A stretch of DNA of 42,271 bases from Sandaracinaceae bacterium (GCA_947483975.1 CANKOL010000004.1:1-42271), one strand, 5' to 3'; numbered from the stretch's first letter, positions 1 to 9,172 are shown. Translations and numbers: made by a program. Notes: generated by a model from the letters alone, not told the origin.

Positions 1-146
1 CCGTCCGCTACCCGGAGGCTGCGTAATGCTGTGTCCCGAGAGACCATCGGTAAGCCGTGTGCGGGAAATCCGCACGCACGGTTTGAAAGGGGGTCCTGCC
101 CTTTCACTGATGAACTTCATCAAATGAAAGAGCAGGATCTACCAAT
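1..146 (+). mobile_element. Group II intron, 3' end only (end of intron-encoded RT ORF, domain V, domain VI, 3' splice site)
   Basis: Domain V hairpin 52-84: AAGCCGTGT-GCGG-GAAAT-CCGC-AC-GCACGGTTT, with AGC triad at 53-55 and AC bulge at 74-75. Domain VI 89-143: GG/CC, GGGTCCTGC/GCAGGATCT, CTTTCA/TGAAAG, TGATGA/TCATCA, with unpaired A141 as branch-point candidate. Ends ...CCAAT (AY) at 146. AT-richer than the flanking DNA. Confidence 0.9.
3..26 (+). CDS. C-terminal fragment of the intron-encoded reverse transcriptase/maturase (partial, ...VRYPEAA*)
   Basis: Stop codon 25 nt before domain V, where a domain IV ORF normally ends. Only 7 codons are visible, so the call rests on position. Confidence 0.55.
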   Translation, partial: VRYPEAA

Positions 147-2004
147 GAAACTCGACCGCAGGGTGTCTCTCGCGTTCGCCTCTGGGTTCTTGGCGAGCGC
201 GCTCGCGCTCAGCGCGTGTGGGGATGACGCGCCCGCGTCCGTCGACGCCGGAGCGCCGGATCTCGGGCCGGTGTGCACCTACGACGGGGGCGACGAGGCG
301 CCGCTCGCGGAGCCCGAGCGACACACCGCGCGGTGGGCGTTTCGCCCGTGGATCTCCAAGGACATCTCGGACCGCGCCGACACGCTCGCGTTCGTCAGCG
401 GGTTTCGAGAGCGCGACATTCCCGTCGGCACCGTGGTGCTCGATAGCCCCTGGGAGACTCACTACAACACCTTCGTCGTGAGCCCGTCGCGGTATGGCGA
501 CTTTCCTTCGCTGGTGTCGACGCTGCACGCCGAGGACGTGCACGTCGTGCTCTGGATCACGCCGCTCGTGAACCGCCGCAGTCAGGACTACGAGACGGGC
601 GGCGACACCTACGTCGGCGCGTCGCCGAACCTCGCCGAGGGGCTCGCGTGCGGGTTCTTCGTGGAGAATGGGCTGTCGTTCCCGTGGTGGAAGGGGAACG
701 GCTCGGCGGTGGACTTCTTCGACGCGCGCGCGCGCGGCTGGTGGCACGCGCAGCAGAACGCGCTGCTCGAGGCGGGGCTCGATGGCTGGAAGCTCGACTT
801 CGGCGACGAGTACGTGACGCGCGACCCGCTGACGACGGACGCGGGCGAGGTCACGCATCAGGCGTATTCAGAGGCGTATTACCGGGACTTTCTCGCGTAT
901 GGGCGGCAGCAGCGTGGGCGTGACTTCGTGACGATGGTGCGGCCCTACGACCGCTCGTATGGCTTCGAGGGGCGCTCTTATGCGCGCCCCGAGCACGCGC
1001 CGATCGGCTGGGTAGGGGACAACCGCCGCGACTGGATCGGGCTCGAGGACGCGCTCGATCACATCTTCCGCTCGGCGCTGGCGGGCTACGTCGTGCTCGG
1101 CTCGGACCTCGGCGGCTACCTCGATCGCGACGACCTCGAGCCGGCGATCACGGTGCCCTTCGACAGCGAGACCTTCGCGCGCTGGACGGGCGTGAGCGCG
1201 CTGATGCCGTTCATGGAGCTGCACGGCCGCGACAACCTCGCGCCGTGGACCGTGCCCGACCACGCGGACGAGACGGTCGTGCTCTATCGCTATTGGGCGA
1301 AGCTCCACGACGCGATGGTGCCGTTCAACTACTCGCTCGCGGAGGAGGCGTACGCGGGCGCGGCGGGCATCCTCCGCCCGGTGCAGGCGGACGCGGCGAG
1401 CTGGGCGGGCGACTGGCGCTACCTGCTCGGGGACGCCTTCCTCGTCGCGCCCGTGGTCGCGGCGGTCACCTCGCGTCAGGTCGCGCTGCCGAGCGGCGCG
1501 CGCTGGTACGACTGGTGGGCGCCGAGCGCCGCGCCCCTCGACGGCGGCACGACGGTGACCGCGGACGTCAGCGTGCGCGGACGCATCCCGCTCTACGTGC
1601 GCGAGGGCGCCATCGTGCCGCTCGACGTCGTGGACGACGCGAACGGCCTCGGCACGGCGGCGAGCGCCGGCGCGCTCACGCTGCTCGTCTGGCCCGCGAG
1701 CGCGGAGACGGGCTTCGTGCTGCACGAGGTCGACGACACGACGACGCAGCTTCACGCGCAGCAGACGCCGACGGGCCCGCGCGTCACGCTCTCGCGCACG
1801 GTGCGCCCGACGCTCTTGCGCGTGCGTAGCGACGTGGCGCCGCGGGCGGTGCGTGACGACGCGATGGCGCTGACGGTCTTCGGGGACCGGGTCGCGTTCG
1901 ACGCGGGGACGAGCGGCGTCTTCTACGAGGCGGCGACGTCGTCGCTGTGGATCAAGCTCGAGGCGCGCGCCGCGGCGCGCACGGTCACCGTCGAGGTGCC
2001 GTAG
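145..2004 (+). CDS. Glycoside hydrolase family 31 (alpha-glucosidase/xylosidase-like) lipoprotein
   Basis: GH31 motifs: GIPV-like DIPVGTVVLDSPW, nucleophile region GWKLDFGDE, acid/base WVGDN, GSDLGG, YLLGDAFLVAPV, IPLYVREGAIVP. Lipobox LSAC. Start moved from 31 to ATG 145 because 31-144 is intron RNA. Confidence 0.85.
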   Translation: MKLDRRVSLAFASGFLASALALSACGDDAPASVDAGAPDLGPVCTYDGGDEAPLAEPERHTARWAFRPWISKDISDRADTLAFVSGFRERDIPVGTVVLDSPWETHYNTFVVSPSRYGDFPSLVSTLHAEDVHVVLWITPLVNRRSQDYETGGDTYVGASPNLAEGLACGFFVENGLSFPWWKGNGSAVDFFDARARGWWHAQQNALLEAGLDGWKLDFGDEYVTRDPLTTDAGEVTHQAYSEAYYRDFLAYGRQQRGRDFVTMVRPYDRSYGFEGRSYARPEHAPIGWVGDNRRDWIGLEDALDHIFRSALAGYVVLGSDLGGYLDRDDLEPAITVPFDSETFARWTGVSALMPFMELHGRDNLAPWTVPDHADETVVLYRYWAKLHDAMVPFNYSLAEEAYAGAAGILRPVQADAASWAGDWRYLLGDAFLVAPVVAAVTSRQVALPSGARWYDWWAPSAAPLDGGTTVTADVSVRGRIPLYVREGAIVPLDVVDDANGLGTAASAGALTLLVWPASAETGFVLHEVDDTTTQLHAQQTPTGPRVTLSRTVRPTLLRVRSDVAPRAVRDDAMALTVFGDRVAFDAGTSGVFYEAATSSLWIKLEARAAARTVTVEVP

Positions 2005-2057
2005 GCTCGGCAGGCGAGGCGTGTCCGAGCGCGGCTCGAAGGAGCGAACGCCAACGC

Positions 2058-3551
2058 TCAGCGCGGGCCGCTCGCCTCGTCGGGCCCGGAGTCTTCGCTC
2101 GCGACCGAGTGCGGATAGCTGCGGCGCGGGTTGCAGACGACGCGCGCGGGCTTGTTGCTCGCGCTCGTCCAGGTCGCGTACGCCATCGGCGCGACGTGGC
2201 CGACTCGGTACTGAATCCCGGGGCGGAAGAGCACCGCGGGGTCGCAGTTTCTGCCGCCGTACATGAACTCGAAGTGCACATGCGGCCCGCGGCTGATGCC
2301 GGTCGAGCCAAGCTCTGCGAGCACGGCGCCTGCGGGGACGCGCTCGCCTGCGACGACGTAGAGCGCGCTGTTGTGCGCGTACATCGTGACCCAGCCGCCG
2401 GGGTGCACGAGCAGGACGATGTTGCCGTAGCCGGGGATCTCGTTGCCGCTGTACGCGACGATGCCGGGCGCCGCGGCGCGGACGTTCCAGCCGATGTCGC
2501 CCGCGATGTCGACGGCTTGGTGATAGCCGCCCTCGCCGGAGCCGAAGCCGCGCACGAAGCGACCGGCGGACACGGGCCAGCGGAGCGTCCCCGGCATCGT
2601 GCTCGTGTCGCGGCTGGTGCTCGAGGCGCGCACCCACTCGGGGAGGACGCGCCCCGCGAGGAGCTGCCCCGCGACCGTGCGCGTGCCGAGGTGCAGCCGG
2701 CGCGCGAGCGCCTGCGCGCGAAGCTCGGACGGCGTCGTGCGGCGCGCCATTCGCCCGCTGCGATCCGCCTGCACGCCGGGCACGAAGAGCCGCGTGCCCT
2801 CCCGCAGCGAGGAGACCTCCGCCACCGAGAGCGAGTTCGCCGCCATGATCGCCGCGACGCTCGAGCGAAATGAGGAGGCGATGTCCCAGATGGTCTGGCC
2901 GCGCTCGACCGTGTGCGTCACGCCCTCGCGCGGCGGGGGAGGGCGCTCGTCGACGTCGGCCTGGTGCACGCCCGGGACGATGATCACGCGCCCGGCGCGC
3001 AGGCTGCGCACGTCGTCGTCGCTGAGCGAGTTGCGGTCGAGGATCAGCTGCGGCTCGACGTCGAAGCGGCTCGCGAGGTCGTGGATGGTCTCGCGCTCGC
3101 CGAGCGTCACGTAGGCGCCGTCGGTCAGCGGTGGGAGCGCGGCGCGCTCGGCGTCACGGGAGGCGACGCGCTCCGCGGCGGTCGGGACGTGCACGCCGGC
3201 GGAGACTCCGGGGATGCGCAGGCGTCGCCCCTTCGAGAGGCGCCGGACGTCGCGCGCGCTGCGTCCGTTGGCCGCGATGATCGCGTCGACGTCGACGTCG
3301 TAGGCGCGGGCGATGTCCCAGAGCGTCTCGCCTTCGGCCACCTCGTGGACGAAGAACGGGCCACCCGCGTCGGGGTGCCCCGCGTCACGTCGCACTTGTC
3401 CTGCGTCGCGTCGGGCGGGCGCGGGCTGGGCCGAGCGGTTGCCGCAGCCGGGGGCACCCGCGGTCACGGCGAAGAGGAGGGCGGCGGCCACCGTGCCTCG
3501 ATGCGCAGCGCTCCTCCGGGAGCGAACGCGGGCGCTGCAGGCATACGGCAC
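2058..3551 (-). CDS. LysM (x3) + M23 peptidase cell-wall endopeptidase, probable lipoprotein
   Basis: Three LysM repeats (HEVAEGETLWDIA, TLGERETIHDLA, HTVERGQTIWDIA). M23 zinc motifs HQAVD, YAHN and GPHVHFE. APGC lipobox-like. Start codon uncertain. Confidence 0.88.
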   Translation of the reverse strand: MPYACSARVRSRRSAAHRGTVAAALLFAVTAGAPGCGNRSAQPAPARRDAGQVRRDAGHPDAGGPFFVHEVAEGETLWDIARAYDVDVDAIIAANGRSARDVRRLSKGRRLRIPGVSAGVHVPTAAERVASRDAERAALPPLTDGAYVTLGERETIHDLASRFDVEPQLILDRNSLSDDDVRSLRAGRVIIVPGVHQADVDERPPPPREGVTHTVERGQTIWDIASSFRSSVAAIMAANSLSVAEVSSLREGTRLFVPGVQADRSGRMARRTTPSELRAQALARRLHLGTRTVAGQLLAGRVLPEWVRASSTSRDTSTMPGTLRWPVSAGRFVRGFGSGEGGYHQAVDIAGDIGWNVRAAAPGIVAYSGNEIPGYGNIVLLVHPGGWVTMYAHNSALYVVAGERVPAGAVLAELGSTGISRGPHVHFEFMYGGRNCDPAVLFRPGIQYRVGHVAPMAYATWTSASNKPARVVCNPRRSYPHSVASEDSGPDEASGPR

Positions 3552-3688
3552 GGGGGGTCTGGCTACACGCTGGAGGGGGCGCGCGCAAGGTCGGCGCGCT
3601 CGGCGAGACGATGCCGCAGTGCGGCAGAGGGGGCGTCGCCCGGCGCGACGTCCTTGCGTCCGACCGACACCGTCGCACGCTCGAGGCC

Positions 3689-4495
3689 ATGATTTCCGTC
3701 GCGCTCACGGTCGCCGGCTCCGACCCCTCGGGGGGCGCAGGCCTACAGGCTGATCTCAAGACCTTTCAGCGGCACGGCGTGTACGGCTGCGCGGTCGTCT
3801 CGCTGATCACCGTGCAGAACACCCGCGGCGTCACGCGGGTCGTGCCGCTCGACGCGGAGCTCGTCGGCGCGCAGCTCGACGCCGTGCTCGAGGATGTTCC
3901 CCCGCGCGCTTGGAAGACCGGCGCGCTCGGCACGGTCGCGATCGTGGAGGCCGTCGCGGCGCGCGCGGCGCGGCTCGCGGACAGTGGCCCGGCGCTCGTC
4001 GTCGACCCGGTGATGATCAGCAAGCACGGGGCGTCGTTGATCGATGAGCCGGCGCGCCTCGCGCTCGTGCGCGCGCTCTTGCCGCACTGCGCGCTGGTGA
4101 CGCCCAACCTGCACGAGGCGGCGGCGCTCTCGGGGCGCCGCGTCGAGACGCTCGCAGAGGCACGGGATGCCGCGCGCGCCATCGCCGCGCTCGGACCGCG
4201 GGCGGTGCTCGTGAAGGGCGGGCACCTCGACGGGGAGCCAGTCGATGTGCTGTTCGCGGAGGGCGTCCTCCACGAGCTGCGCGGCGCGCGCGTCGACACT
4301 CGGCACACGCACGGCACGGGCTGCACGCTCTCTGCGGCGATCACGGCGCGCCTCGCCCTCGGGCGTCCGCTGCTCGAGGCCTGCGCGGGCGCCAAGGGCT
4401 GGCTCGCGGAGGCGCTGCGCACCGCGCCCGGCCTCGGCGCGGGCGTCGGTCCCGTGAATCATGACGTCGACCCCCGTCTGTCGGGCGGCGGCTAG
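3689..4495 (+). CDS. thiD: Hydroxymethylpyrimidine/phosphomethylpyrimidine kinase
   Basis: VAGSDPSGGAGLQADLKTF, VDPVM, TPNLHEA, VLVKGGH, HTHGTGCTLSAAI, GPVNH. Confidence 0.95.
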   Translation: MISVALTVAGSDPSGGAGLQADLKTFQRHGVYGCAVVSLITVQNTRGVTRVVPLDAELVGAQLDAVLEDVPPRAWKTGALGTVAIVEAVAARAARLADSGPALVVDPVMISKHGASLIDEPARLALVRALLPHCALVTPNLHEAAALSGRRVETLAEARDAARAIAALGPRAVLVKGGHLDGEPVDVLFAEGVLHELRGARVDTRHTHGTGCTLSAAITARLALGRPLLEACAGAKGWLAEALRTAPGLGAGVGPVNHDVDPRLSGGG

Positions 4496-4530
4496 GCTGA
4501 ATCGTCGTGCAACGGCGGGGCGATTCCCGC

Positions 4531-5907
4531 ATGATCCTCAGCGTGCGCCTGACGTCAGCAGCCTTCTCCCGCGCCGCGCTCGCCGCGCTCACCGTGGTGC
4601 TCGTCTCCAGCCTGCTCGGCTGCGCCGGTGAGACGGGGATTGTAGTCGAGGTCACATCGCCCGACCTCGCCGTGCCCGGGGACGTCGACACGCTGCGCTT
4701 CGAGGCCGAGGGCGCGCTCGGGCTGATGGCCTCGGGCGTCTACCCGATCAGCACTCGTTGGCCGCACTCGCTCGCGATCCGGCCTCGCGCTGGCGACGGC
4801 AGTGGCGGCGTCACCGTGCACATCTTCGGGCTGAAGGGCGGCGTCGAGGTGGCCTCGACGACCGTCATGGCAGCGTTTCGCGAGGGCGAGACGGTGACGG
4901 TGGACGCGGTGCTCACGCGCTGCGTCGGCCCAGGCTGCGTGGTGGGCGACGGCGGCATGGACCTCGGCGTCGATGGCGGCGAGGTGCTCGACGGCGGGAG
5001 CGACGACCTCGGCGAGAGCGACCTCGGAACCGACGACCTCGGCGTCGATGATCTCGGCGCCGTGGATCTCGGGGGCAGCGACCTCGGCCCCATGGATCTC
5101 GGGAGCAGCGACCTCGGCCCCGTGGATCTCGGGCCCACCGACCTCGGGCGCGACCTCGGCCCGGTGGATCTCGGGCCCACCGACCTCGGTCCGATGGACC
5201 TCGGCAGCGACCTCGGACCCGTCGATCTCGGCGCTGATCTCGGTCCGATGGACCTCGGCCCCACGGACCTCGGCATCGACGACCTCGGCACGGACCTCGG
5301 CCCGACCGATATGGGAGCTGTCGCGCCGCTCCTCGGCTCGCTCGTCCTCTCCGAGGTCGCCACGGGCAGCGCTGCGGTCGGCGGCACGGACGAGTTCGTC
5401 GAGATCTACAACCGCACCTCGGTGCCGATCGACATCGGCGGCGTCACCTTGTCCTACCGCTCGGCGTCGGGCACTTCGCTCCCGCTCTACGCCCTGCGCG
5501 CGACGGTGCCCGCCGGCGTCGTCCTTCCGCCGTACTCCTACTATCTGTTCAGCAGCGTCGGCTACGTGGCCGCCGCGGTCGTCACGGCCGACCAGCCTGG
5601 CGCCTGGACCTCGGGCTTCTCAGTCACGGGCGGGCACGTGCAACTCGCGCGGGGCACAGAGGTCATCGACACGCTCGGCTGGCGCACCGCCGTCGCGCCC
5701 GAGGGGACGGCACTCACGGCGCCGTCCACGGACGGTGCGTGGAGCTATGAGCGAAAGGCGTACGCCACCTCCGACATCGCCTCGATGACCACGGGCGCCG
5801 ATGCGTTGCACGGCAACGGCAGCGACACGAACGACAACGGGGTCGACTTCATCGTCCGCCCGACGCGCGATCCGCAGCACCTCGCGAGCACCCCGGAGAC
5901 TCCATGA
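4531..5907 (+). CDS. Lipoprotein with DLG-repeat linker and C-terminal lamin-tail (LTD)-like domain
   Basis: Lipobox LLGC; xxDLG repeats; LVLSEV...DEFVEIYNRT...DIGG LTD signature; SYER and DTNDNGVDF motifs. Confidence 0.75.
   Translation: MILSVRLTSAAFSRAALAALTVVLVSSLLGCAGETGIVVEVTSPDLAVPGDVDTLRFEAEGALGLMASGVYPISTRWPHSLAIRPRAGDGSGGVTVHIFGLKGGVEVASTTVMAAFREGETVTVDAVLTRCVGPGCVVGDGGMDLGVDGGEVLDGGSDDLGESDLGTDDLGVDDLGAVDLGGSDLGPMDLGSSDLGPVDLGPTDLGRDLGPVDLGPTDLGPMDLGSDLGPVDLGADLGPMDLGPTDLGIDDLGTDLGPTDMGAVAPLLGSLVLSEVATGSAAVGGTDEFVEIYNRTSVPIDIGGVTLSYRSASGTSLPLYALRATVPAGVVLPPYSYYLFSSVGYVAAAVVTADQPGAWTSGFSVTGGHVQLARGTEVIDTLGWRTAVAPEGTALTAPSTDGAWSYERKAYATSDIASMTTGADALHGNGSDTNDNGVDFIVRPTRDPQHLASTPETP
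4957..5316 (+). repeat. Coding tandem repeat, 15-bp (some 12-bp) units, encoding 22 DLG plus 1 DMG
   Basis: Repeated gacctcggc/gatctcggg units, read directly. Confidence 0.95.
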
Positions 5908-6524
5908 CCACCGTGACCGAAGCCACCAAGCGCCTCGTCGGCGGCGATGATGAGGCCGACCTTCGCTCTGGGAATCTCGAGAGGATATGCGCCGACCCGG
6001 TGCTCGCGCAGCGCCTCGCGCGGCGCCTCGCGGAGGCCGCGCGCGACATCGCGCCCGGGCGCGAGTGGTCCATGGAGGACCTCCGCGACGTGCTCGAGGT
6101 CGCCGTTCGCGGTCCGCGCGACAACAGCGTGCGGGTCCTCGAGGGGCGCCATTTTCGGAAGCGATTGCGGGAGCAGGCGGCGCTCGCGGAGCGCTACGGC
6201 GACCCGTTCTCCTGCGTCGTCTTCACGCTCGTGCGCGGCGCGGTCGAGGGTGGCGGGATGTACGCGACGGTGCTCGACGCCATCATCGAGCGGCTCCGGC
6301 GCTCGGATATGGTCTTCCTCTATCGTCGGCGCTTCGCGATGATCCTCCCGCGCATGCGGGCCGAGTCGCTCGACCAGCTCGTGGGGCGCATCACGGAGCT
6401 CGTCGGGGAGTCGCACACCGGCACCGTGCTCGAGTCCGTGCAGTGTCTCTCCTATCCGGACCCCGTCCTGCAGGACACACAGTCCGTGCTCGACTGGGCC
6501 GAAGACCGCCTGCGCGACCCCTGA
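5904..6524 (+). CDS. Degenerate GGDEF-like domain protein
   Basis: GGDEF-fold pattern (RHFRKRLREQ..AERYG.PFS.VVF; LRRSDMVFLY..RFAMILP; SYP..D..SVL..AE) with YRRRF in place of GGDEF. ATGA overlap with the upstream gene. Confidence 0.65.
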   Translation: MTTVTEATKRLVGGDDEADLRSGNLERICADPVLAQRLARRLAEAARDIAPGREWSMEDLRDVLEVAVRGPRDNSVRVLEGRHFRKRLREQAALAERYGDPFSCVVFTLVRGAVEGGGMYATVLDAIIERLRRSDMVFLYRRRFAMILPRMRAESLDQLVGRITELVGESHTGTVLESVQCLSYPDPVLQDTQSVLDWAEDRLRDP

Positions 6525-6587
6525 GCGCCAAGCCGCCAGCCGCAGACGCCCGGCGTATCCCCCGCTGATCGGTGTTAGGGTGCTCCC

Positions 6588-8066
6588 ATGAAGGGAAAGC
6601 GGGCCCCTGCGCTCACGCTCGGGGACGTCATCGGCGGCAAGTATCAGCTCATCGACCTCGTAGGCGAGGGGCCGAGCCACGTCGTCTATCGCGCTGAGCA
6701 CATCGGGATTCAGCGCGCCGTCGAGATCAAGCTCCTCGCGCCCCATTTGCCGACGGGCGGACCCGACGCCGCCGCGCTCTTGCGCGAGTCCCGCGCGGCG
6801 GGGAGCGTCGCCCATCGCAACGTGCAGAGCGTCGTCGACTCCGGCGTCGATGATGATGGTCGTCCCTTCGTCGTCTACGAGGCGCTGCAGGGGCAGACCT
6901 TCGCAGCGCTCGCGGCGGCAAACCCGGAAGGGCTCCCGCAGGAGCGGGTCGCGACGCTCGTGCTCGAGCTGCTCGAGGGGCTCCGCGCGATCCATCGCGG
7001 CGGGGTCGTCCACCGCAACCTGAGGCCGCTCAGCGTCTGGCTCGTGCCTGTGCGGGGCGGCGGCGAGATCGTGAAGATCGGCGGCCTCGAGCAAGCCGCG
7101 TTTCTCGCCGAGGGCACCTCGCCCCCGCTCCTGCTCGGCGGCGGCGCCTCGTCGTTCATCGCCCCAGAGCAGCGCTTCACGGCGCTCGAGTCGGACGCGC
7201 GCGTCGACGTCTACGCGGCCGGCGTGCTGCTCCGCTTGCTCCTGACGGGTCGAGCGGAGGCGGGCGGGCTGGTCGGCGACACCGCGCGTCGTGCGATCGA
7301 CCGCGCGACCGCCGCGGAGCCGGACGACCGCTTCGTGGACGCCGAGGCCTTTCAGAACGCGGTCTCGCTGCTCCTGCCGAACACCTCGCGCCCGGCGCGC
7401 GACGAGCTTCCTACGCCGTCCGATCCGCTCGTCGCCGACCTGCAGTACCTGAAGCTGCGCCGCTCGACGTGGGCCGGCGAGCAGACCGCCGCGAAGGGCG
7501 AGGCGCGCGTCGAGCTGCTCGTGATGCTGCTCGCGATCGAAGGGATCTGGCGCACGCTCGGGCAAGACGCGTGGCACCGGCTCGTCGCGCGCGTGCCCGA
7601 GGTCGAGGCGCTGCTGCCGGGCTCCGCGCACATGCAGCAGCACCTCGACACCGGGGTGCCCGTCGCGCTCGCGAGCCGCATCCTCGCGGCCGCTGACGAC
7701 CTCGCGGGGCACGGCGACCTCGGCTTCGTCGCGCAGCTCGGCGACATCGTCGCGCAGCGCGGGCTTCACAAGCTGATCGCGAGCGTGCCCGACCCGCTCA
7801 CGCCGCCCGCCGCGGCGGGCCTGCTCGACGAACTCTGGCCCGCGATTACCCGCCAAGGTCGCGTCGCGAACCTCGAGCGCGGCTCCCGGCGCGCCCGCCT
7901 CGTGGTGCGCGATCAGGTCCAGCCGAGCCTCGAACTCTGTGCGCTCGTCGCAGGCGTGCTGCGGGGCACGATGACGCGCAGCGGGGCGTCCCGCGTCATC
8001 GTGCAGACCTCCGCATGTCAGGCGCTCGGGGACGCGGTCTGCGCGTTCGCGATCGTGTGGGAGTAG
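6588..8066 (+). CDS. Ser/Thr protein kinase-like (probable pseudokinase) fused to a V4R/TIGR02265-like C-terminal domain
   Basis: Hanks subdomains recognisable but degenerate: GEGPSH, VEIK, HRNLRPLS, KIGGL, FIAPEQ, DVYAAG. C-terminus C...CQALGDAVCAFAIVW. Confidence 0.75.
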   Translation: MKGKRAPALTLGDVIGGKYQLIDLVGEGPSHVVYRAEHIGIQRAVEIKLLAPHLPTGGPDAAALLRESRAAGSVAHRNVQSVVDSGVDDDGRPFVVYEALQGQTFAALAAANPEGLPQERVATLVLELLEGLRAIHRGGVVHRNLRPLSVWLVPVRGGGEIVKIGGLEQAAFLAEGTSPPLLLGGGASSFIAPEQRFTALESDARVDVYAAGVLLRLLLTGRAEAGGLVGDTARRAIDRATAAEPDDRFVDAEAFQNAVSLLLPNTSRPARDELPTPSDPLVADLQYLKLRRSTWAGEQTAAKGEARVELLVMLLAIEGIWRTLGQDAWHRLVARVPEVEALLPGSAHMQQHLDTGVPVALASRILAAADDLAGHGDLGFVAQLGDIVAQRGLHKLIASVPDPLTPPAAAGLLDELWPAITRQGRVANLERGSRRARLVVRDQVQPSLELCALVAGVLRGTMTRSGASRVIVQTSACQALGDAVCAFAIVWE

Positions 8067-8083
8067 CCGCCCGCGCCGCCCGC

Positions 8084-9172
8084 TCAGCCGCGCAGTCGCC
8101 TGATCTCGCCGCTCCCGGGGCCGCTCGAGATCGGCTTGTGCAGCACGATGGTGCCGCCCGCCTCGCGCCCCGCTTCGTGCGCTCCGCTGAGGCGCAGGCT
8201 GCGTCTGCGCGAGACGATGCGCGGGTTGCGGGCGCGGTAGAAGTCGTCGAGCTGCGCGTCTCCGACCCAGACGAGGCCGGTGCCGCGTAGCTGCGTGCGC
8301 TCCGCGCGGAGCTTGTCGCGGAAGCCGCGCACGACGCCCGATTGATACGAGAGCCGGTCGCGTCCGCTCTGCACGCGCGCGTCCTGGCGGTTCTGCTGCC
8401 AGAGGCGGTCGGCCGTCGCGAGGAGAAACGCGTAGACGTGCGTCGCCATCTCGAGGTTCGCGTGCGTGCCCGCGAGCTCGAACACCGTACCGCGCTTGCC
8501 TTCGCGCGGGAGATACACCGGCACACGGATCACCTTCACGAAGAAGAGCTCCGAGAGCAGCCCGACGACCTCCGCCTCGACGAGCGTGCGCCGCTTGCGC
8601 GGGTCCCCGACGTGCCGCACCTCGTAGTCGCGCTCGGCTTCCGCGGCCGCGAGGTCGACGTTGTGGCGCAGCATCAGCTCGTGCGCTTTGCGCATCGCCG
8701 CCTCGGCCTCGTGCTGGTTCGCGCTGCCGGCGAGCGCGAGCAGCTTGCGGATTCGGTCGAGCGCGCGGTCGATCTCGGCGGCGCTCGACGCGTCGGTCTC
8801 TGGCGGGCCCGCTGCGCGCCCGTCGATGCCGCGCTCCGCGCAGACGCGCCGGAAGCTCTCCCCGTGCGCCGTCTCGTCGTGCACGCCGAGCGCCTCGTCG
8901 ACGAACTGATGCGCCATCTCGTGCGCGAGCACGCTGACCACCTCGGGCCAGGGGCGCCCGAGCACGAGCGCGCGCGAGAGTTCCAGCGTGCGCGTCGCGC
9001 GCACCCAACGCCCGAGGCGCGTCGCGGCGTCGGCGAGCACGAGCACCGGCGCGACGAGGCGCTCACCGAAGCGCGCGTAATTCTCCCAGTCGAAGCGGGC
9101 GCGAAGCTCGCGCAGGAGCGCCGCCTCGAGCTCCGTCGAGAGCGCCGTGTGGGCCGTGTGCGACTCGCGCAT
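8084..9172 (-). CDS. SprT-like metalloprotease domain + DUF2786 protein
   Basis: VLAHEMAHQ (HExxH) followed by HGESF; DUF2786 signature RIRKLLALAGSANQHEAEAAMRKAHELMLRHN. Confidence 0.8.
   Translation of the reverse strand: MRESHTAHTALSTELEAALLRELRARFDWENYARFGERLVAPVLVLADAATRLGRWVRATRTLELSRALVLGRPWPEVVSVLAHEMAHQFVDEALGVHDETAHGESFRRVCAERGIDGRAAGPPETDASSAAEIDRALDRIRKLLALAGSANQHEAEAAMRKAHELMLRHNVDLAAAEAERDYEVRHVGDPRKRRTLVEAEVVGLLSELFFVKVIRVPVYLPREGKRGTVFELAGTHANLEMATHVYAFLLATADRLWQQNRQDARVQSGRDRLSYQSGVVRGFRDKLRAERTQLRGTGLVWVGDAQLDDFYRARNPRIVSRRRSLRLSGAHEAGREAGGTIVLHKPISSGPGSGEIRRLRG

Noticed and set aside
31..144. 38-aa N-terminal extension of the GH31 ORF
   Set aside because: It is the translation of intron domains V-VI; the signal peptide begins at ATG 145.
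4957..5316. DLG array as a CRISPR or non-coding repeat
   Set aside because: In frame, synonymously variable, and without unique spacers; it is a protein repeat.
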